In this document: positions 46,663-55,657 of the stretch, piece by piece | Position numbering within the stretch: position 1 is the stretch's first letter | How the letters are laid out: each line of letters begins with the position of its first letter | The notes under the pieces: generated by a model | Told to the model about the DNA's origin: nothing | What the model saw: only the letters and a program-made list of their open reading frames with translations | Database searches by the model: none | Position numbers and translations under genes: made by a program | DNA from: a virus | Lineage: Duplodnaviria > Caudoviricetes | Direction: 5' to 3' (one strand) | Virus record (IMG/VR): IMGVR_UViG_3300028601_000027 | Coordinates: 24,898-88,897 of that record | Length of the DNA stretch: 64,000 nucleotides

Positions 46663-47199
46663 TTAAATCATACATAATATATTATATGCTTTTTGGCTTT
46701 CTGTCAACATAATTTTGTGTCCACTATCTACATTTACAAACACTTCCTTATCACTAGCAGAATCCTTAGCCTTAGAATTTAATACCGTAATAATAGCAAA
46801 GGAATCGTTTTTGTTTGTACCTTCGGTGCGTCTTAGGGATATAATCATCCCACGAGTTTTATCCTTAGATAAGATAGCCCATTCATCCTTATACTTTAAC
46901 TCTTCCCTATCCATAGAGTTTAGTTTTTCTAATCCCTTATCGACAAACTTAGTAAACTCGGTATCTTTATAACTATCCCACCACGCTCTATGTTCTCTAT
47001 CTTGTTGAACATGACCAGTTACTATTACTTGTTGTTTGGTTTTAGGATTAGTGTACACTACTTTAGGGCTAGGTGGAGGCGATTTTTGTTTTGGCTCAGA
47101 AACATAAGTTTCTCTCGGTGCGCTCTGTTTCTTCTTAGCTTCAGCCCTAGCCATGATCTGAGCTATGTTTTCTCCCAAATATTCCTTATAAGATAACAT
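46663..47199 (-). CDS. Putative internal head protein
   Basis: MLSYKEYLGE resembles the T4 capsid-targeting sequence; late motif 47232. Confidence 0.5.
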   Translation of the reverse strand: MLSYKEYLGENIAQIMARAEAKKKQSAPRETYVSEPKQKSPPPSPKVVYTNPKTKQQVIVTGHVQQDREHRAWWDSYKDTEFTKFVDKGLEKLNSMDREELKYKDEWAILSKDKTRGMIISLRRTEGTNKNDSFAIITVLNSKAKDSASDKEVFVNVDSGHKIMLTESQKAYNILCMI

Positions 47200-47285
47200 A
47201 TTGTAACTCCTTGATAATTATAGGTTACTAATATTTATCTTACAAAAAAAGCCCCTAATGTTAGTTAGGGGCTAGGTAGAAGTTA

Positions 47286-47561
47286 CTATGAAATGAAAAC
47301 GTGACCGTCTTTATAACTTATGTTACCACACTTAAACTCTTTTACTGATTCAGGATAGAAACAACGATATTGTTTCTTCTGCACATCAAACACTGTGATT
47401 ACTGTATTAGGTGTAGTCTTAGTTCCACCCTTGAGATACTTAGTAACCTTAGTGCGTCCTACCAAATGGCGAATAGTACCATCACGCTTAGTAAAAACTA
47501 CTTTGAAGAATTTACCATTAGTGTCATTTACCAGAGTCCTTACATTCATAATTACCTCCAT
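47286..47561 (-). CDS. SH3/WYL-like small phage protein
   Basis: FKVVFTKRDGTIRHL...VFDVQKKQYRCF. Confidence 0.7.
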   Translation of the reverse strand: MEVIMNVRTLVNDTNGKFFKVVFTKRDGTIRHLVGRTKVTKYLKGGTKTTPNTVITVFDVQKKQYRCFYPESVKEFKCGNISYKDGHVFIS

Positions 47562-47626
47562 TTTAAAAGTGTCTTACCTCAAATTGTGATTACAGTGTAC
47601 ACTAACTGGTTTTATTTGTCAAGTGA

Positions 47627-47839
47627 TTAATATTGTTTTGCGGTAAAATATCCTAGTACGTAAGAGATCACCATAGGTCCAAAGACTGTTAGGGCTAATG
47701 TCCAACCATCTTGAAATCCTAGTGTCATCTTTCCAGCAGTAACAATAACCAGAAACCAATAAACGTAGTTCACAATTTTGACCATATTTCCCTCCATGTT
47801 AAAATTAGTGTTTCGTTCAACTTGACTATACCTTAACAC
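47627..47839 (-). CDS. Small membrane protein (likely start MVKIV)
   Basis: Two TM segments. Confidence 0.55.
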   Translation of the reverse strand: MLRYSQVERNTNFNMEGNMVKIVNYVYWFLVIVTAGKMTLGFQDGWTLALTVFGPMVISYVLGYFTAKQY

Positions 47840-47909
47840 TATTGGTTATTATTGTCAAGAAAAAAAACCCCTTAGCTACAAAATAATAACTAAGGGGTTT
47901 AGAGTTAAT

Positions 47910-50900
47910 CTAACTACCGCATTTACTCCAGAAACAAGCAGGACAAGTTTTGCATCCTTCTATCATTTGTAATTCTGTCTCACATTCTGGACATTTAATA
48001 CCAGTACTTTTGTCTACCATGTAGTTAGCCAAAAACACTTTCAATCTATATACTAGAGAATTAATAGGAATATCCAAATCATCTAAAGCGTTAACCACTT
48101 TCTCTATCTTCACATTATGCCTAAGTAGCATACCAATAGCACGAGTAATTTTCACCACATTAGATTGGTTGTTGCTTTTCTTAGTGTTCTCTTCAATGAT
48201 TTCTTTTTCGATTCCTTCTTCCCTAGCTAGTTCTTCTAAGGCGGCTATAGTATTATGTGCGTTAATTTGTTTCTCTGAATGATTAGTGTGAACAAAAATA
48301 GCAAAAGGTCTAGTCTTAGCCTTATCCTTAAATGCCACATGAACATACCATTTTCTACCTTCTGAAGTAATCTTAAATCCACGCATAGGATATTCAGCAG
48401 GTAGAGAAACACTTTCCTTAATAACATCTCCCTTAATATGTTCTTTCCAAACATCAAAGAACTCGTGTTGTTCTTCTTTAACTTCCGTGGACAATACCGA
48501 ACCACGAATCTCATTAGGAATATAAGTAGTAGTTCCCTTTAGTTTGTTTTGCCATGCTTCAAAATACAAATCCTTAAAATCATCAAACGGGTAATTCTCA
48601 GGCAAATTAATAGTCTTTGAAACACTAGCATCTATATACTGTTGAACAATAGTCTGAATCTCTAAATGATCCTTAGCTTTTAAGTCATCAATAGTTTCAA
48701 AATAGTCTGGTAATTCTGCGTCTTCTCCAAACTCTTTTTCATATAGCCACACAGCATAATCAGTGACAGGTTCTTGTTTTTCTGTTCCGTCATCTTGTTT
48801 TACCTTACGATAATACTTAGTGCAGAAAATAGGCTCAATACCAGAACTACAATTATTCATTATCAAACTAGTAGTGCCAGTAGGGGCGATAGTTAAAAGT
48901 CTGCTATTATAAATGCCGTATTGTTTAATGCTATCTCTAATCTTATTTGGCAATCTCTTAGCAAAATCAGACTCTAACAATCTATCATCATACCCATCAA
49001 AGGTTTTACCTAACCCCTTAGCGATTTCACATGAAGTGGCATAAGAGATATCCCTTAGATTTTGAGATAGTAACCTTGTTAGTTCTTTCCCCTCTTTACT
49101 ATATTTTAGTTTCATCATACAAAGACAATCAGCTAAACCAGTAAAACCTAATCCTATGGGTCTTTTCTTTTGCGCTACCTCTTTCTGTTCTTCTAGTGGA
49201 TAATAATTAATATCAATGATTTTGTTTAGGAAAACAATCATCAACTTAATAGATTTCTCTAATGTATCAAAATCAAATTCTGGTTGTTTAAATGCGTCCT
49301 TAACCATAGTTGAAAAATTAATAGAGCCTAAATTACAACTAGAATATGGTGGAAGTGGTTCTTCACCACAGTTAGACACATTGCAACCTTGAGTCCAATA
49401 AGTATGTGATTTGTTATCTACTGTGATATCAAAAACCTCTTCTTCTGAAACAAAACTAACACACTTAATATCGTAATTAGTTTTACCTTTCTTGTGACTT
49501 GTTGTTCTGATTTTCTCGTTTTTGTATTCTTGAAGGAAACCAATCATAGAAGCAAATTTATCTCTATCAGTAGAAACATTCAGGTCATAACTTTCTTTAC
49601 ATAAATACTCACCATTACTAAATTTAGTCATTGTTGGTTTATTAGTGGTATAATAACTCTTAATACCTAATGCGTTCAACATTGTTTGTACATCTTCTAT
49701 TATTTGTTTAGAAGTAGTTTTAAGTGTAATTCTATTATTAACCACAGAACCATTAGCACTAAACAATCCACGGAGAAATCCCGCCATTTTATCGAAGGAT
49801 TTCATATATCTCTCAGGAACAGCACGATTATAAGTATAAGGTAGTTCCTCTGCTTGGATTGTTGTGTTAACCTCATAAGCAGTTTCTACTATTCCACTTC
49901 TGTTTCTAGTAATTAATGGCGCAATTTCAGAACCAAAATAATCAGAATCGTTTTCTCCAATGTGTAACAAAACAAGATTATTAGACGCTTTATGTACTGA
50001 ACCATCACCTAAAACTAATCCATCCATAACGTCTTGTGGATTTAACGTAATGTTCCCAACAGGACCAGAAATTATATCTATAGATTCCGCTTCTTTAGCT
50101 TCTATTTTTTCTCCATCACTCACTACTTTGTGGTTTTCAGTACCATAAAAAACACCAGCATTTGTTTCGTATTTATAAACCTTCTTTACACCAGTTCCCC
50201 ATTTATTAATAATAGTTGTCCAACCATCTTTTGACCAAATCTGATCACCAATAGAAACATCGCCGAAAGTTTTTATTCCTTCCTTCGTCAACAACTTAGC
50301 CCAAGATGGTTGACATGGATTAGTTACAGCAATGTATTCATCATACCAAAGGTTATTCTCATTATTAATAGTGTCTAAGAATAACACTCCCGGTTCACTG
50401 TACTTATAAGTAGCCTTCATTATTTTCTCGTAAAGGTCTTTAGCCTTTACTGTTTCATATACTTTTACGGGATAACCTTTTTCTTTCCATTCTTTAATGT
50501 TACCATACCATTCTTCATTATACGATTCGTGATTAGTATCAGGAAAAACTAAATCCCAATCACTATCATTTTCTACAGCTTTCATAAAATCATCAGAAAC
50601 GCCTACACTAATATTAAAATTAGTTAACACTCCTTTAGTTTGTTTCACTTCGATAAACTCTTCAATGTCTGGATGCCATACATCTAATACTCCCATTTGA
50701 GCACCACGTCTATTGTTCCCACCCTTAATACTATCACAAGTAGAATCAAATACTTTCATAAAGGAAATAGGACCTGTAGACTCACCACCACTAGTAGAAA
50801 TGTTAGCGTTTTTGGGTCTAAGTACAGAAAAAGAATACCCATTACCACCACCTGATTTCATAGTCATAGCCGCTTCTTTAACAGCATCCATGATACTACT

Positions 50901-51206
50901 CATGCTATCTTTCTTGATTGGCAAGACATAACAGTTTGAGTAAGTTTGGTTTTTTCTATCAGTGCCTAGAGCATAGATAGGTCTTCCAGCTAACATACAA
51001 TTATGGTTAGAAATCAACTCGTAAGCTAGTTTCTTAAATGCTTCTACAGCGCTAACTTCCATTATATCACAAAACACTTTTAGTTCCTTGTCAGTACAAC
51101 TATCCACTAAAGCGTTTACTATTCTATGATAAAACTGTTCTTCAGATTCACCACTGTAACGATATTTCATATTCCATATTTCATTAGATATTTGTTGTCG
51201 AATCAT
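47910..51206 (-). CDS. nrdJ: Class II (B12-dependent) ribonucleotide reductase with intein
   Basis: SNCYV, GGNGYSFS, RRGAQMG, TNP|C..|CGEE..CNLGSIN, TIAPTGT, C-terminal Zn ribbon. Confidence 0.9.
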   Translation of the reverse strand: MIRQQISNEIWNMKYRYSGESEEQFYHRIVNALVDSCTDKELKVFCDIMEVSAVEAFKKLAYELISNHNCMLAGRPIYALGTDRKNQTYSNCYVLPIKKDSMSSIMDAVKEAAMTMKSGGGNGYSFSVLRPKNANISTSGGESTGPISFMKVFDSTCDSIKGGNNRRGAQMGVLDVWHPDIEEFIEVKQTKGVLTNFNISVGVSDDFMKAVENDSDWDLVFPDTNHESYNEEWYGNIKEWKEKGYPVKVYETVKAKDLYEKIMKATYKYSEPGVLFLDTINNENNLWYDEYIAVTNPCQPSWAKLLTKEGIKTFGDVSIGDQIWSKDGWTTIINKWGTGVKKVYKYETNAGVFYGTENHKVVSDGEKIEAKEAESIDIISGPVGNITLNPQDVMDGLVLGDGSVHKASNNLVLLHIGENDSDYFGSEIAPLITRNRSGIVETAYEVNTTIQAEELPYTYNRAVPERYMKSFDKMAGFLRGLFSANGSVVNNRITLKTTSKQIIEDVQTMLNALGIKSYYTTNKPTMTKFSNGEYLCKESYDLNVSTDRDKFASMIGFLQEYKNEKIRTTSHKKGKTNYDIKCVSFVSEEEVFDITVDNKSHTYWTQGCNVSNCGEEPLPPYSSCNLGSINFSTMVKDAFKQPEFDFDTLEKSIKLMIVFLNKIIDINYYPLEEQKEVAQKKRPIGLGFTGLADCLCMMKLKYSKEGKELTRLLSQNLRDISYATSCEIAKGLGKTFDGYDDRLLESDFAKRLPNKIRDSIKQYGIYNSRLLTIAPTGTTSLIMNNCSSGIEPIFCTKYYRKVKQDDGTEKQEPVTDYAVWLYEKEFGEDAELPDYFETIDDLKAKDHLEIQTIVQQYIDASVSKTINLPENYPFDDFKDLYFEAWQNKLKGTTTYIPNEIRGSVLSTEVKEEQHEFFDVWKEHIKGDVIKESVSLPAEYPMRGFKITSEGRKWYVHVAFKDKAKTRPFAIFVHTNHSEKQINAHNTIAALEELAREEGIEKEIIEENTKKSNNQSNVVKITRAIGMLLRHNVKIEKVVNALDDLDIPINSLVYRLKVFLANYMVDKSTGIKCPECETELQMIEGCKTCPACFWSKCGS
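49371..50315 (-). mobile_element. Intein with LAGLIDADG endonuclease in nrdJ (315 aa)
   Basis: CQPSW...TENHK...DGLVLGDGS...GFLRGLFSANG...VFDITV...VSN|C; inserted at the NPCGE catalytic Cys. Confidence 0.92.
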
Positions 51207-51224
51207 TAAGGACTCCCGTTTTTA

Positions 51225-51446
51225 TTAGTCTTTATAATCTGTCTTATACCATCCATCACCTTTTAGGATAAAATGGCTAGAGGATAGCGTTTTACTCATT
51301 TTAGCGCCACAATTTTCACACACCATAGAACCATATACTTTATTGTTACGTTCTATCCTTTCCCTAAGTTCATCACACTTATCACACTTATATTCAATTA
51401 TCGGCATTTTTGTATCAACTCCTTTCTTAGAGGGAAAAATAGCCAC
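51225..51446 (-). CDS. FmdB-family Zn-ribbon protein
   Basis: MPIIEYKCDKC...CENCG...FILKGDGWYKTDY. Confidence 0.85.
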   Translation of the reverse strand: MAIFPSKKGVDTKMPIIEYKCDKCDELRERIERNNKVYGSMVCENCGAKMSKTLSSSHFILKGDGWYKTDYKD

Positions 51447-51477
51447 TATACTTTTTATAATATAGTGGCTATATAAT

Positions 51478-51564
51478 TGGTAGGGGCGAAGGGATTTGAA
51501 CCATTAAGTCCTAGTGGACATCAGATTTTGAGTCTGACGTGTTTGTCAGTTTCACCACACCCCC
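51478..51564 (-). tRNA. trnL: tRNA-Leu(CAA), 87 nt, encoded CCA
   Basis: GGGGGTG/CGCCCCT acceptor, TCAGA-CTCAAAA-TCTGA anticodon arm, GTCC/GGAC variable arm, TTCAAAT loop. Confidence 0.85.
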
Positions 51565-51575
51565 AAAACTAGTTA

Positions 51576-51944
51576 TTAATTATACTTATAAAATTCTATG
51601 TTCACATCGCTGAGATATTGCAATCCCATAATCATACATAACCCTAAGAACCCCATGTGAGGATATATAACCATCACAAGATAAACTATACATAAGTTTA
51701 CAACAAACCAACCCTTTATCATTACTATGTTTTTAACTACTTGGTGTTTATTGTATTCTTCAGGCGCATTATCACCATTATAATCAGTCCATAACTTCAA
51801 TGCTTCAAATAGCGCACATAACAATAGTACACCAGATATCAAAACATTAGTCTTATAGTAATTAACAGCAACACCAAATACACTTAATGTGCAAAGTAGT
51901 TGAGTAACATAATAAACAATAATCGGCTTCATTGTAACCTCCAT
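51576..51944 (-). CDS. Membrane protein
   Basis: Four hydrophobic segments. Confidence 0.6.
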   Translation of the reverse strand: MEVTMKPIIVYYVTQLLCTLSVFGVAVNYYKTNVLISGVLLLCALFEALKLWTDYNGDNAPEEYNKHQVVKNIVMIKGWFVVNLCIVYLVMVIYPHMGFLGLCMIMGLQYLSDVNIEFYKYN

Positions 51945-51984
51945 GTAGAATTAACTTTCATTTGATTGTATTCTACCACGATGA

Positions 51985-52227
51985 TTACGCAAAGTCAAGT
52001 GTTTCTTTCTTGAATTTCTCGTAATCCTTACCGATAGTAGCGTTTTTCCAGTAAGGATTATTCTTTAGTTTCTGTTCCTCTTTTTCCATTTCAGACTTAA
52101 TTTTCTGTTTCTCAGTTTCACTAGGTGTTTTTTTGTACTTATCCATTAGGTTTTTAATGGCATACATAGCGCCACTACTCTCATCTAATGATTCTTCTTC
52201 TACTAGGATTTGTCTGAAGTCTTTCAT
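51985..52227 (-). CDS. Putative internal head protein
   Basis: MKDFRQILVEE..LDE capsid-targeting-like N-terminus; late motif 52271. Confidence 0.5.
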   Translation of the reverse strand: MKDFRQILVEEESLDESSGAMYAIKNLMDKYKKTPSETEKQKIKSEMEKEEQKLKNNPYWKNATIGKDYEKFKKETLDFA

Positions 52228-52278
52228 TATTCTTACTCCTTATATTATTGGTAGTTGTTTCCAGTAATAGTATTTATC

Positions 52279-53187
52279 TTAGTATTTACCAATGATAATC
52301 ATTTTATTTGTCACTCTACCAGTAGGAACTTTCTTTTTCTTATCCTTATACTCAGTATTGTATACACCATCAATCTTAACTTTACCCTTAATGTTAAGGT
52401 GTTCTTTGTTTTCTAGTTTGTATTCACCACTTTGTTCCTCATTAAAATCTGTAATTATGCTACGATGGATACCTAACTTATCCCCAAAATAAAACGTGAT
52501 AGTTTTCTTCTGAGTGTGGTAGACTACAGCACACTTACCGCCTAGTACGTCTTCTGCCTTATACCCCTTAACGCCATCATATTCTTCTAGACATTTAAAT
52601 AGTTTACAGATTTCTTCTGGTGTTTTAGTTTTCTTCTTACGTGGTTTACTCTTAGGTTTATTTTTCTCTAGGTGTTTTTTTAGTTGTTCCTTAACCTCTT
52701 TCTTCTCAATTTTCTTAGCTAGTTTAGTGATATGAGTATCACTAATACCTAGTTGTTGTACCACTGAAACAATATCAAGATTAGGATCGTCTAAACGTGG
52801 TTCTAGTGATTCGTAAATTTCATCTACTTGGTCTTGTACTATTTGCATTGGAGAAGGATTGTTCTTTTGTTCTTCCTTAATCTCCTTAGTCTTATTCACC
52901 ATATCTAGGATAGCTTTACGTAGTTTTTGTACATTGGAATCTTTATGGACTAATCCCTTAGTGTACATTCTACCCACATAAGCCCAAGTATCAATTAGCC
53001 AATTATCAGGCAAATCAACAATGATTTCTGATTCGTATACGTTTAGTTTATTACCAGCGTCTACTATCCATTGTTTTAGAATTGTAGAACTAATTTCTTG
53101 TCTACGATATTCTCCAATTCGCCTAGCTACATCTAGTGCATTGTTCTCATCCAATCGTTCTGGTTCTACTAGTTTCTTCTTAGCCAT
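52279..53187 (-). CDS. Conserved T4-like hypothetical protein
   Basis: 302-aa ORF; C-terminus KKVPTGRVTNKMII. Confidence 0.65.
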   Translation of the reverse strand: MAKKKLVEPERLDENNALDVARRIGEYRRQEISSTILKQWIVDAGNKLNVYESEIIVDLPDNWLIDTWAYVGRMYTKGLVHKDSNVQKLRKAILDMVNKTKEIKEEQKNNPSPMQIVQDQVDEIYESLEPRLDDPNLDIVSVVQQLGISDTHITKLAKKIEKKEVKEQLKKHLEKNKPKSKPRKKKTKTPEEICKLFKCLEEYDGVKGYKAEDVLGGKCAVVYHTQKKTITFYFGDKLGIHRSIITDFNEEQSGEYKLENKEHLNIKGKVKIDGVYNTEYKDKKKKVPTGRVTNKMIIIGKY

Positions 53188-53255
53188 ATTTTTTCACCTT
53201 TCATGAAAATAGATGGGGCTACACTTAGTAACCCCATCACCCTTAGTTAATCGTT

Positions 53256-53954
53256 TTATGTTAGTGCATAAGTTCCATTATTACTATTTACTCCCCTACG
53301 CATTCTAATGTTTTCGCTATCCTTTTTTCCTTCTTGGAAAGCACCATCAGCTACTATCTTGCTACTACGGGAACTAACCCTGTTATCACTCTTATAGAAG
53401 TCACCAGCTTTCTTATAATCACTTTTATTCTTATTTACTGCTACTAGACCGCTTTCTTGTTTGTACTTAAACACGTTATCGTTAATCTTATCTAGATTGT
53501 ATTGTACACCCATTACCAATCCGTACATGTAACGATTCTTAATTTTAGCTGTTACGTTAGGATTGATTTTGTTTTTCTTATACCAATATTCAGTCATGTC
53601 TACAACCTGATTCCAAACTACATCAAACATGTACTGACTAGCTTCAATGTCTTCTTCTTTACCACAAAGGATGTAATCTGTACCACTGACCACCATGTAA
53701 ACCCCACAATACTCAGTAATAATAGTCATCATTGTAGCATGACGCATGTTCTTACGTTTCTTACCTGTAGGGATAATTGTTTGGATTATTTCTTTCTTTT
53801 CAGTTTCTTCCTGCTTAATTTCATAGTTAGTCATCAACTTAGCGGCGAGTTTACGTGCTGATTCAGCTTCAGCTTCAAACGTAGTAGAATCAGCTTTAGC
53901 AAGAAGGTTAGCAATCTTGTTGATAATGTTTACGCGCTCTTGAGAAATAGTCAT
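53256..53954 (-). CDS. DUF2786-domain protein
   Basis: KIANLLAKA..TTFEAEAESARKLAAKLMTNYEI. Confidence 0.8.
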   Translation of the reverse strand: MTISQERVNIINKIANLLAKADSTTFEAEAESARKLAAKLMTNYEIKQEETEKKEIIQTIIPTGKKRKNMRHATMMTIITEYCGVYMVVSGTDYILCGKEEDIEASQYMFDVVWNQVVDMTEYWYKKNKINPNVTAKIKNRYMYGLVMGVQYNLDKINDNVFKYKQESGLVAVNKNKSDYKKAGDFYKSDNRVSSRSSKIVADGAFQEGKKDSENIRMRRGVNSNNGTYALT

Positions 53955-54029
53955 GTCTTACCTCCATCTTAAATAGTAGTGTTTCGTTCAATGTGATTAC
54001 AATATAACAGGATACTCTTTATTTGTCAA

Positions 54030-54731
54030 CTAAAAAATCCCTTCTAAGTTATTATCTGATTGTTTTAATCTTTCTTGGGCTATGTTATACCATTTCTCTT
54101 TCCATTCTATTCCTATAAATTTGCGTTTATTATTAATAGCCGCTACACCAGTAGAACCAGTTCCCATAAAGAAATCAGCTACAACATCACCTTCATCACT
54201 ATGGTTCTTAATGTACTTATTAAGTAATCCTAATGGTTTAATAGTGGGATGTCCATATCTTTCTTTATCTTTCCTATTAGTAGCTGATTTATACACTAAA
54301 CTCTTAGTTTGATAAGTACCACCTATTCTCTTGTTCTTGTTAATGTATACACAAAATTCTATATCTTTCAGATAATTATTGTTACATAGTGGTGCAGGAT
54401 CACTCTTATGCCAAATAGTAATACCGTAATTATAACCGTTTGCTTCAGCATAAGCAATATAATCTTTTAGTTGTCTCATTGAGCAAAAGGTGACTAAGTT
54501 ATAAGTTCCAGTTTTGAATTTTGGTTTAATTAAATCAAGAAAACCAGATACATCATAACCATCTAATATCTTCATGTCTCTCATTTCATTTACATATTCT
54601 CTTTCACGCATAAACCCACCACCACCTGTATGATTAATCTCATAAGGTGGATCAGTTAGTACTAAATCTATACTGCCATCCTCTATCTCTTTCATAACTT
54701 CAAAACAGTCATTGTTATATAATGTATACAT
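54030..54731 (-). CDS. DNA N6-A/N4-C methyltransferase (beta class)
   Basis: TDPPY, HPTIKP, DFFMGTGSTG. Confidence 0.9.
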   Translation of the reverse strand: MYTLYNNDCFEVMKEIEDGSIDLVLTDPPYEINHTGGGGFMREREYVNEMRDMKILDGYDVSGFLDLIKPKFKTGTYNLVTFCSMRQLKDYIAYAEANGYNYGITIWHKSDPAPLCNNNYLKDIEFCVYINKNKRIGGTYQTKSLVYKSATNRKDKERYGHPTIKPLGLLNKYIKNHSDEGDVVADFFMGTGSTGVAAINNKRKFIGIEWKEKWYNIAQERLKQSDNNLEGIF

Positions 54732-54881
54732 TACAATCCCCTAAAAAACATAAACCCCAATTAATATCCCTATCACCACAAATATAAGATAATCTAACAT
54801 AGTTAATAGTATTACTTTTTTGATTGTGGATTTCTTCATCTCTCGTTTCCATTCTAAACTAGAGTGTTGATTAATTGTGGT

Positions 54882-55100
54882 TCAGTCTGCCATAGCTTTG
54901 TTTACTAGGTCCTGTAACTCCTTAACATCAGTCACTTCACTAATGTCTATTGGAATCATCTCATAATCTACTACCCTGAATATCTTGTATTCCTTCTTAT
55001 CTCTACTCCACATGTAATTACCAACTAGAGCTACATCTAAGTACCTTGTTCCACTAGGGTCAATTAAATCTACAATCAATACTCGATTCTTATTGTTCAT
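54882..55100 (-). CDS. Hypothetical protein
   Basis: ORF coupled to upstream gene. Confidence 0.6.
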   Translation of the reverse strand: MNNKNRVLIVDLIDPSGTRYLDVALVGNYMWSRDKKEYKIFRVVDYEMIPIDISEVTDVKELQDLVNKAMAD

Positions 55101-55414
55101 TACTCTCTCCCGTTCATTAGTTCATTTCTTAAATCGTGTTCATTATCATATAAGAAATACTCTATACACATATCAAACACATCTTCATCGACTACACTAA
55201 ACAAAACTTCGTTTCCGTCTTCGTCTATTCTTTCACCATACTCAAAACTTATAGTGAGCAAATCTAATCCAATATCATAATCATCATTTTCGATTAGGTA
55301 ATTATATACTCCTATTTCTTCTGCTACATCAGATTCACTATAAGGTATAATCACCAAATCATAGAAGTAAAAGGTGTAATCGTCTGTGTTTATTGTGTAA
55401 CTTTCGTATTTCAT
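55100..55414 (-). CDS. Hypothetical acidic protein
   Basis: ORF with RBS. Confidence 0.6.
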   Translation of the reverse strand: MKYESYTINTDDYTFYFYDLVIIPYSESDVAEEIGVYNYLIENDDYDIGLDLLTISFEYGERIDEDGNEVLFSVVDEDVFDMCIEYFLYDNEHDLRNELMNGRE

Positions 55415-55426
55415 TAGCTTTTCCTA

Positions 55427-55642
55427 TCATCCGAAATGTGAGTTAATGTCGTTCTTGTAATAGAAACATCGTTCTGTCTCTTTATAAGATTTTTGATATC
55501 TAAATTCTACATAATCCTTAAACTCTTCAAGCTCTCTGTCTAGTTTATTTATTTTCCTTAAAGCTAGGATTCCCATAATCCCACCCATAAACATAACTGT
55601 AATCACAGTTCCTACACATATTAGTGTGGCATACTCTTCCAT
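55427..55642 (-). CDS. Small membrane protein
   Basis: N-terminal TM. Confidence 0.6.
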   Translation of the reverse strand: MEEYATLICVGTVITVMFMGGIMGILALRKINKLDRELEEFKDYVEFRYQKSYKETERCFYYKNDINSHFG

Positions 55643-55657
55643 AATAAATCTCCCTTT

